This document shows, one piece after another, positions 33,375 through 39,671 of a stretch of DNA of 39,671 bases. The stretch lies in NCBI GenBank assembly GCA_964371455.1, contig CAYJMB010000002.1:1-39671 (forward strand), in the 5' to 3' direction. The translations under genes were made by a program, and so were the position numbers. Positions within the stretch are counted from its first letter, which is position 1; each line of letters begins with the position of its first letter. The stretch is from an uncultured archaeon (lineage in GTDB: Archaea; Aenigmatarchaeota; Aenigmatarchaeia; GW2011-AR5). The notes beneath the pieces were generated by a model that ran no database searches, had not been told where the DNA came from, and saw nothing but the letters and a program-made list of their open reading frames with translations.

Positions 33375-33803
33375 ATGCAACAGCAGCAGAAGATTTTCAG
33401 CATAGAGGAAGCCGATGTTCTTGTGCCTTTCATAAAAAATGCATTCAGCGAGATCTTCAGTCTGAACGAGATCACGAGGTTTTTGGGCATTGATATAAGC
33501 GATTTGGTTAATATCTGGGGAAAGGAAATATCAGAGCCCGGAAATGTTGATTATGAACTGTACAAAGAAAAGTTAGAAAAAAGGAACCAGACAGAGAAGA
33601 AAATTCAAGAGATGTTTGACGAGATATCAAAAACAGGCGCTGTTGTAAAAGACATGGATGTCGGTCTAGTAGATTTCTACTCAAAGAATGGCGATGAGCT
33701 TGTCATGCTGTGCTGGAAATTCGGCGAGGACAGGATAAGGTTCTGGCACCCCGCTTCTGGCGGATTTTCCAGACGGAAGCCAGTTGAGGAATTGAAGAGA
33801 TAA
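33375..33803 (+). CDS. DUF2203-like protein
   Basis: FSIEEADVLVPFI...GAVVKDMDVGLVDFYS...LCWKFGEDRIRFWH. Confidence 0.55.
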   Translation: MQQQQKIFSIEEADVLVPFIKNAFSEIFSLNEITRFLGIDISDLVNIWGKEISEPGNVDYELYKEKLEKRNQTEKKIQEMFDEISKTGAVVKDMDVGLVDFYSKNGDELVMLCWKFGEDRIRFWHPASGGFSRRKPVEELKR

Positions 33804-34020
33804 TGAAGCTGACAACAAATAGGCTTTGTTATATTTCGCTTCGTCGTATGCTGTCGCGAGGCTAAAGAAAGATTCTGTCCGCAAAATAGAGATAATTCTG
33901 ATTGTACTGATACTTATTTCGATAGCAGCCCTGTTCTTGATGGCTGCCGCACCTCCAACAGTGGAAACAATTTCTCAGGCTGTTTGATGCCTTTTTAAAA
34001 TTTCCGCGGAAAAAACTACT

Positions 34021-34323
34021 ATGGCATTCGTAAAAGTGGCATCTGTGCATGACATTAGACCAGGAGAAGGCAAAACAATAACCGCCAATGGAAAAGAAAT
34101 AGCTTTATTCAATGTGAATGGCAGGTTCTTTGCCATTGACAACACATGCCCGCACAGGGGTGGGCCTCTGGGAGAGGGAGAGCTTGCGGATAGCATAGTT
34201 ACATGTCCCTGGCATGGGTGGCAGTATAATGTGCAGACAGGTGAGGGCATCACAATGCCCGTTAGCGTTAAAAGATTCGAGGTCAGAGTGGAGGGCAAAG
34301 ATATTTTGGTGAATGTTCAATAA
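34021..34323 (+). CDS. Rieske [2Fe-2S] domain protein (NirD-like small ferredoxin)
   Basis: CPHRGGPL ... CPWHGWQY. Confidence 0.85.
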   Translation: MAFVKVASVHDIRPGEGKTITANGKEIALFNVNGRFFAIDNTCPHRGGPLGEGELADSIVTCPWHGWQYNVQTGEGITMPVSVKRFEVRVEGKDILVNVQ

Positions 34324-34585
34324 AAATTCGGCAAGCCGTCGGGATATTTTTTCCTTAATTCTCCAACGCGGATTTTGGAAATGTCTTCTAATGTGAACCA
34401 ACCTATCTGATCAGATTTGCCCGGCTCAAGAATCTTGGGCTCCCACTTTTTACTTTACAAACAAAAGCGGGGAAACCCAGTGCCGCTTTTCTTCCTCCCG
34501 GAAACTCCCTTCCTCTTTGTTAACTATAACAGCTCCGACACCTACGCCAATATAATCCACGCCACGTTGCATTTGGTGGATTATG
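34317..34585 (-). pseudogene. Possible Nudix hydrolase remnant (frameshifted)
   Basis: Reverse-strand pieces lie in different frames: VDYIGVGVGAVIVNKEEG, EFPGGRK...FVCKVKSGSP, IGWFTLEDISKIRVGELRKKYPDGLPNFY*. No intact Nudix box is present. Confidence 0.3.
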
Positions 34586-34634
34586 ATTGCTATCTATATA
34601 AATATATTCACTCTAACTGCTCTAAAGTGGTGTT

Positions 34635-36299
34635 ATGACCCAGACAGAAAAAATAAACTGGATGGAATGGGGAAAAGATGCGTTTGAGAGGGCGAAAAAA
34701 GAGAATAGGCCGATATTGTTAGATATATCTGCTGTCTGGTGTCATTGGTGCCACGAGCTCGATAAAAATGCTTATTCTGATCCTGTGGTTATCAAAACAA
34801 TAAATGAAAACTTTGTGCCGATACGCGTTGATACAGACAAAAGACCTGACATCAATGAACGATACAACCAGGGAGGCTGGCCGACTACCGCCTTTCTCAC
34901 GCCAGAGGGCGGGCTCATCGCAGGCGCGACTTATGTCCCGGTGGAGCAGATGAAAGCCCTGCTGCCGCAGGTGAAGTATTTTTACAACACGCAGAAACAG
35001 AATATCAGCAGCACTATACAGAAGCCACAATACAAAGAAGGCGTTGTTTCCGAACAGATAGCACAGGATGTAGCATTATACCTGAAAGATAATTTTGATG
35101 CTGTGCATGGCGGCTTCTACTATGAGCCGAAGTTTCCCATGCCTGAAGCGATTGAGATCGCAATACTTTTGTACATAAAAACACACGACAAAGAGCTGCT
35201 GAACATCGTCAAGACAACTCTTGACAGGATGACAGGCATTTACGACACAGTTGAAAACGGCTTCTTCCGCTATTCTGTGCGACAGGACTGGTCGCTTCCG
35301 CACTATGAGAAAATGCTGGAGGTTAATGCAGGGCTTTTGCAGAATTATGTGCATGCATTTTCATTGACAGGCAAAGAGGATTACAGGAAAATCGCAGAAG
35401 GAATAATAAAATACATCAGGCCAAAGCTTTTTGGCATTGCATTCTATGGCAGCCAGGACGCCGATGAGGAATACTATGCCTTGCCGCTGGCAGAGAGGAA
35501 GCAGGCAAAAGAACCTTTCATAGACAAGACGATATACACGAACTGGAACGGCAAATGCATTGCTGCATTTGTAGATGCGTACGCTGTTCTCGGCGATGCC
35601 ACGCTTTTGACTGATGCACAAAAGGTCCTCAATTTTCTCATTGACAGCTGCTATAATGAAAAGCAGGGCATGTGTCACTATCATGATGGCAAGAAAAATG
35701 TTTTCGGGTTGCTGACTGATAATGTCTGGATGATGGCGGCATTACTGAAAATGTACCAAGCAACAGCAGAGAGAACGTATCTGGAAACTGCGGAGAAGAT
35801 TGCTGATTACATAATAAAAAATCTCAAGGACAAGAAAGGATTTTTTGACAGGATTAAGGAAAAAGAAGGACTCGGACTTCTTAAGGAAAGGAACAAGTCC
35901 ATACTGGAGAACTCGATTGCTGCTATGGTTTTCACCGAACTCACAAAACTGACAGGAAAGGAGGAATACATCAAGGTAGCAGAAGGATGCTTATCAATAT
36001 TCTCACAAGATTACAAAGCTTATGGAATCCATGCTGCCCTTTACGCACTCGCTGTTGAGAAATTCCTGGACAACATTCATGTTGTAGTTGTCGGAGATGC
36101 GAAAGACGAAGAAGAAACAAGAAAGCTGGCTGCTATTTCCGATCCGAGAATAATTGTGCAATTTCTGGATGAGAAGCAAGATGAAAAAGATGTCAAGAAA
36201 TTAGGCTATGGAAGAGGAGTTTTCGTGTGCCATGGAAGCACGTGCAATAAGTTCAACACAATAGAAGAAGCGATGAGGAAACTAAGCGGCTTTGAGTGA
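34635..36299 (+). CDS. Thioredoxin-domain DUF255 protein (YyaL/SPATA20-like)
   Basis: INWMEWGKDAFERAKKENRPILLDISAVWCHWCHELD...FVPIRVDTDKRPDINERY, followed by a long alpha-helical domain. Confidence 0.85.
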   Translation: MTQTEKINWMEWGKDAFERAKKENRPILLDISAVWCHWCHELDKNAYSDPVVIKTINENFVPIRVDTDKRPDINERYNQGGWPTTAFLTPEGGLIAGATYVPVEQMKALLPQVKYFYNTQKQNISSTIQKPQYKEGVVSEQIAQDVALYLKDNFDAVHGGFYYEPKFPMPEAIEIAILLYIKTHDKELLNIVKTTLDRMTGIYDTVENGFFRYSVRQDWSLPHYEKMLEVNAGLLQNYVHAFSLTGKEDYRKIAEGIIKYIRPKLFGIAFYGSQDADEEYYALPLAERKQAKEPFIDKTIYTNWNGKCIAAFVDAYAVLGDATLLTDAQKVLNFLIDSCYNEKQGMCHYHDGKKNVFGLLTDNVWMMAALLKMYQATAERTYLETAEKIADYIIKNLKDKKGFFDRIKEKEGLGLLKERNKSILENSIAAMVFTELTKLTGKEEYIKVAEGCLSIFSQDYKAYGIHAALYALAVEKFLDNIHVVVVGDAKDEEETRKLAAISDPRIIVQFLDEKQDEKDVKKLGYGRGVFVCHGSTCNKFNTIEEAMRKLSGFE

Positions 36300-36494
36300 A
36301 TCTGACTCTAGGGTTAATTCTGCTGGCATATCAGGATGATACTCACTTATCTCAGGAACACGTTCAATACTGCCGTGTATTAAAAAGTAACAATATGAAC
36401 CGTCTGGTAACTGTTTTCTTACATACGCTGCACGGTATCTGGCCGGTCTGCCTTCTCCAACAGGCGAAGAAATAAATTCATACCATTCTTCCAT
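36282..36494 (-). CDS. Hypothetical protein
   Basis: ORF-track 36282..36578, with an internal ATG at 36494 (MEEWYEF). It overlaps the upstream convergent gene by 18 nt. No motif identified. Confidence 0.3.
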   Translation of the reverse strand: MEEWYEFISSPVGEGRPARYRAAYVRKQLPDGSYCYFLIHGSIERVPEISEYHPDMPAELTLESDSLKAA

Positions 36495-36645
36495 GCAATC
36501 GCCTAATAAAATGCTGCATTTACTGCATTTATATTGTAAAAAGATGTTAATATATTTTCTTTTAAAACTTGCCTGCAATAAATGACAAAGCTAATGGCGA
36601 CAAAATCGTCATATGACTAAGCAGGGGTCGTGTAGCCTGGTCCAA

Positions 36646-36694
36646 CCCTTTTTGCTCGCGCAAAAAACGTTGACGGGAAAAGGGTTACAGAAAA
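36646..36694 (+). other. tRNA-Leu intervening sequence 1 (about 49 nt, in the D-loop)
   Basis: It lies between AGCCTGGTCCAA and TCAC and forms the 9-bp helix AACCCTTTT/AAAAGGGTT. The junction is approximate. Confidence 0.55.
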
Positions 36695-36716
36695 TCACGC
36701 AAGGTTGAGGGCCTTG

Positions 36717-36763
36717 TTCCTTAGGGCGTGATGCGCTGTGCGCATCATACGGGGCATGGATAC
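36717..36763 (+). other. tRNA-Leu variable region of 47 nt; probably a 13-17 nt variable arm plus an intervening sequence of about 30 nt
   Basis: It contains the 9-bp hairpin GTGATGCGC-TGT-GCGCATCAT. The boundaries are not resolved. Confidence 0.4.
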
Positions 36764-36773
36764 GAGAGTTCAA

Positions 36774-36882
36774 GCGCAGGAAACCCAAGGTTTCCTACCG
36801 CCCTACCTTTCCTTAATAGCAGCTTTGCTGCAGAGGATAAGTAGACCGGTAGAGAAGGATACTTCCTTCTCTGCGGGAACAA
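36774..36882 (+). other. tRNA-Leu intervening sequence 3 (109 nt, in the T-loop)
   Basis: It splits TTCAAAT. The closing helix is CGCAG/CTGCG, and internal hairpins are GGAAACC/GGTTTCC, CTACCG/CGGTAG, GCAGC/GCTGC and GAGAAGG/CCTTCTC. The junction is ambiguous by 2-3 nt. Confidence 0.6.
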
Positions 36883-36928
36883 ATCTCTCCCCCTGCACTC
36901 TTTTATAGATTCGTGTAAAGCATTTCTC

Positions 36929-37437
36929 ATGCCTGTGAACAAAGAAAAGCTCATTCAGATGTTCCTAGATAGAGAGGCGTTCAGGACAGGAAGTTACCAG
37001 CTGGCAAGCGCGAGAATATCGCCATACTATTTCCATAGTGGACCTCCTACAGGAAAATAGAAAAAGATCATGGCGAGAAAGGGAAAAATTTTGGAGCTAT
37101 AATAATGCCGTATTCGCGACAAGTTCTAGTTGAAGACGCACTTTCGACAGCAGGTTCTTCTGAAGAAGCATTGGCAGAAGTGCAGTCTGCTGCAGGGTAT
37201 GTGCAGGTTCCTGCTCTTGTCGTTGGCCTTGACAGGCAAGAAATTAGAGAGACAGATGCTGCTTCCGTGGAATTCGAGAAGAAGCATGGGATACCTGTAT
37301 ATTCGATGCTTATGATTTCGGATATATTTGAATACCTCAAGAAATGCGGAATGATCCCGAATCAGCAGGAAGATTTTATAATGTCTTACTGGAAAAAATT
37401 TGGAAGCCCTCAACTGAAGGCGCTGTACAAACTATAA
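36929..37437 (+). pseudogene. pyrE: Orotate phosphoribosyltransferase remnant (internal deletion plus frame change)
   Basis: N-terminal piece MPVNKEKLIQMFLDREAFRTGSYQLASARISPYYFHSGPPTGK* occupies frame A. Frame B then reads RKIEKDHGEKGKNFGAIIMPYSRQVLVEDALSTAGSSEEAL...VVGLDRQE. The roughly 70 aa normally between SPYY and RKE.K.HG are missing. Confidence 0.6.
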
Positions 37438-37476
37438 TGAAATTAGCTTAAAATAATTTCTCCTCTTATTCTTAGC

Positions 37477-37749
37477 ATGCTGCGGGCAAGGCTCATTATT
37501 TCAGGCCTAGTACATGGCGTTGGGTTCCGTTCTTATACGAGAAACAATGCAAAATCACTCGGGCTTAAGGGATATGTGCGCAATCTCAGGAGCGGCAAGG
37601 TGGAAGTCGTCATTGAGGGCTACCAGAAGCAGATAGACGATCTCCTTGACCTGATGCACAAGGGGCCATTTCATTCGCAGGTTGAGGACATACAAGTGAT
37701 CTGGGAAGACCCGACCAATGCCTTCAAGGATTTTACTGTTGAGATGTGA
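37477..37749 (+). CDS. acyP: Acylphosphatase
   Basis: ISGLVHGVGFRSYT...GLKGYVRNLRSGKVEVVIEG; 90 aa. Confidence 0.9.
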   Translation: MLRARLIISGLVHGVGFRSYTRNNAKSLGLKGYVRNLRSGKVEVVIEGYQKQIDDLLDLMHKGPFHSQVEDIQVIWEDPTNAFKDFTVEM

Positions 37750-37782
37750 TAAGTTTAAAAACTTTTTGACTAATTCCGGGAA

Positions 37783-38223
37783 ATGTTAAAAGTAGACGAT
37801 CTCGGAACTTTACAAAATAATGATGACAGATACATAGATTGTTACGTATCCACAGATGTGGGTGAAATTGAGGCTTTTCTAGAAAATATAGGGTTCGAAG
37901 AACGAGAAGAGGAGAAGGATGTAAGAACCCTGGCAGATTACTATGACGATTCGGAATTTTATGGGGGGTATACGCTTCTCATTCAGCCGCAAACTGGGTT
38001 GAAGATTGATGGTGTTGATGTTCCGCTGGAAGAAGCAGTGAGAGCCAGAAAAGAAATAGGTTTTATGCCTATGTCTAAATTGAGGATATATGCACTTAGG
38101 GATGGCATAGATAAAAAACTGTCACCAGTAATGAGTCAGTTGACTTCTGAAAGGCAAAATATGGCATTTGTCAATGAAAGTTATTCAAGAGTTCACGTTA
38201 GACTTTCTGAATTCTATTGTTAA
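37783..38223 (+). CDS. Hypothetical protein
   Basis: Clean 146-aa acidic ORF; no motif identified. Confidence 0.4.
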   Translation: MLKVDDLGTLQNNDDRYIDCYVSTDVGEIEAFLENIGFEEREEEKDVRTLADYYDDSEFYGGYTLLIQPQTGLKIDGVDVPLEEAVRARKEIGFMPMSKLRIYALRDGIDKKLSPVMSQLTSERQNMAFVNESYSRVHVRLSEFYC

Positions 38224-38225
38224 CT

Positions 38226-38858
38226 TTAGACCTTCACCACCTTTGCGGACATCAAAATCTTCGTTACAGCGTAGCCGAATACAAAGCCACCGATGTGCGC
38301 AAAGAATGCGATGCCGCTGCCTGTGCCGCCTACGAGGCTGACTGCGCCGAAGATGAGCTGAAGCACGAACCAGAAAACAAGCATGAGATATGCAGGCACG
38401 GTTGTTGCGCCTACACGCGAGAGAACATGCACACGGACTTTCGGGAACATGGCGAGGTAGGCGCCCAGCACGCCTGATATCGCGCCGCTTGCGCCTATCG
38501 CAGGGATCACTGAGCCGATGTTTGTCAGGAAATGAGCGGCTGTGGCTGCAATGCCTGAAAGCAGATAGAAAATTATATACTTTGCCCTGCCTAGCTTGTC
38601 TTCGACATTGTCGCCGAATATGAAGAGGAACCACATGTTGCCGAAGATATGATCGAGGCCGCCATGCAGGAACATGGACGTGAAGACTGTAATGAGCATG
38701 AGATCTGCTGGCTTGAAGCCGTAGGTGTCTATGACATTTTCAAAATTTGTCAGGCTCCAGATGAAAATGATAACATTGACAGCAATGAGTGCGTAGGTGA
38801 TGTAGGGCTTTGTCCTGCTGACATTCTCGTCTTTGTAAGGGAAGAACTGGCCTTTCAT
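38226..38858 (-). CDS. Rhomboid-family intramembrane serine protease
   Basis: FLHGGLDHIFGNMWFLFIFG (HxxxN), GASGAISGVLGA (GxSG), and a distal His in FFAHIGG. Six TM segments. Confidence 0.85.
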   Translation of the reverse strand: MKGQFFPYKDENVSRTKPYITYALIAVNVIIFIWSLTNFENVIDTYGFKPADLMLITVFTSMFLHGGLDHIFGNMWFLFIFGDNVEDKLGRAKYIIFYLLSGIAATAAHFLTNIGSVIPAIGASGAISGVLGAYLAMFPKVRVHVLSRVGATTVPAYLMLVFWFVLQLIFGAVSLVGGTGSGIAFFAHIGGFVFGYAVTKILMSAKVVKV

Positions 38859-38894
38859 GTATAAAATATGAAAAATGCAAATAAAAAGTTAAAA

Positions 38895-39245
38895 TTAATT
38901 TATCATGTCTTTAGAATAACTATCATCTTCAGACGAAACACCGTATATTTCCTTTTGAAGGTCTAAGATTTGTCTTCTCAGCATTTTTCCTTTATCTGTC
39001 AGTCTGTAAACAGGTTGTGCGTGATCCTCTCCAAGAAGATAACCTTTAGATTGAAGACCCTCTAGAGTCATTTCAAATTTACGTATTTCTTGCTCTGAAG
39101 TTCTGGTCAAGTCGATGTATTCTAAATTAAGATGTAGGGACGTTTTTAATCTTTCTGAGGCAATTTCTGCTTCTCTGTTGCTGATACATATTGCAGGATT
39201 GCCTGTTAATTCACTATAAGGTATCATCTCATCTTCGTGATCCAA
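38895..39245 (-). CDS. Hypothetical protein with possible C-terminal winged-helix
   Basis: LEGLQSKGYLLGEDHAQPVYRLTDKGKML resembles a wHTH wing. The gene is AT-rich. Confidence 0.4.
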   Translation of the reverse strand: MDHEDEMIPYSELTGNPAICISNREAEIASERLKTSLHLNLEYIDLTRTSEQEIRKFEMTLEGLQSKGYLLGEDHAQPVYRLTDKGKMLRRQILDLQKEIYGVSSEDDSYSKDMIN

Positions 39246-39623
39246 AATCTTGACTAAACATACAAGAAGTTAGTAACAAATAACCTTTAAAAGTCTTAGC
39301 TCGTATATTTATACTGCTTCCGATGTTGATATCGGAAAGGATTTGACGGGGAAAGTTTGGCAATTTTCCTGACTTTTTGCTGGCTAGTGCGTACAATGAA
39401 CCAGCTGTCAATGATGCTTACTGGTGAGTCGCGAGACTCGCCATGAGACTGCAATATATTGCGTTAGAACTCTGAGCTTGTGCTAAGCACGCGGTGAGGA
39501 GATCAATCATGTTGCAGTAAATTATGAAGGCCTGACCTAATGATCATGCCAGATGGAAGCGCAAGCAGGCAAAACTCTACTAAAGGTAAGGGACATACAC
39601 ATTTGTGTAGTATTCTTCCAACA

Positions 39624-39671
39624 ATTCCGGTTGATCCCGCCGGAGACTACTCCTATCAGGTTCCGACTAAG
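39624..39671 (+). rRNA. 16S rRNA, 5' end only (runs off the right edge)
   Basis: ATTCCGGTTGATCCCGCCGGAGACTACTCCTATCAGGTTCCGACTAAG matches the universal archaeal SSU 5' terminus (ATTCCGGTTGATCCYGCCGGAGG...GTCCGACTAAG). Confidence 0.85.

Larger units (their letters stand above)
36621..36897 (+). tRNA. tRNA-Leu(GAG), 277-nt gene with three intervening sequences (D-loop, variable arm, T-loop)
   Basis: Acceptor GCAGGGG/CCCCTGC plus A73. D-arm GTGT-AGCCTGGTCCAA...TCAC. Perfect anticodon arm CAAGG-TTGAGGG-CCTTG (anticodon 36707-36709). T-arm halves GAGAG-TTCAA (36764-36773) and AAAT-CTCTC (36881-36889) lie 109 nt apart. Confidence 0.7.

Noticed and set aside
33833-33987. Possible TTG-initiated small TM protein (...RLKKDSVRKIEIILIVLILISIAALFLMAAAPP...) between the DUF2203 and Rieske genes
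   Set aside because: It has only a non-ATG start, no SD and only a loose resemblance to Sec61-beta-like tail anchors. The support is insufficient.
36745-36954. 69-aa ORF on the minus strand
   Set aside because: It is antisense to the T-loop insert and 3' half of tRNA-Leu(GAG). The RNA gene explains the region.

Overview
This is a densely packed archaeal chromosomal segment of about 55 genes on both strands. Direct evidence for archaeal origin: the 5' end of an archaeal-type 16S rRNA at the right edge (39624-39671), two archaeal type IV pilin genes with class III signal peptides, bulge-helix-bulge tRNA introns, a four-subunit 2-oxoacid:ferredoxin oxidoreductase and a Tes/MJ0619-like radical SAM enzyme. 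Most genes are small hydrolases (metallophosphoesterases, Nudix, PHP, HD, HAD, acylphosphatase, LMW-PTP, alkaline-phosphatase family), Fe-S proteins, membrane proteins and wHTH regulators. I saw no CRISPR array, transposase or provirus.

The signals most worth a second look:
1. A 452-aa LAGLIDADG intein sits exactly at the third Cys of the CX3CX2C radical-SAM motif of a Tes-like enzyme.
2. All four tRNA genes are interrupted, with at least 7 intervening sequences, most at non-canonical positions. One is a 277-nt tRNA-Leu(GAG) gene split in the D-loop, variable arm and T-loop.
3. Two pilin paralogs share a 227-bp near-identical promoter plus 5' module fused to diverged 3' halves. A 5'-truncated HEAT-repeat gene lies between them, and a surface protein with 40 N-glycosylation sequons and a lamin-tail domain lies next to them.
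4. The POR operon is split, and the catalytic Cys and TPP motifs of its subunits look degenerate.
5. There are many decayed genes: frameshifted metallophosphoesterase and SET-domain genes; pyrE and SDR remnants and two Nudix-like remnants; a P-loop-less ATPase.

Gene decay, surface and pilin genes and patchy AT-rich orphans fit a reduced-genome (DPANN-like) archaeon, but that lineage call is inference only. All family assignments come from motif reading by eye, with no database search.
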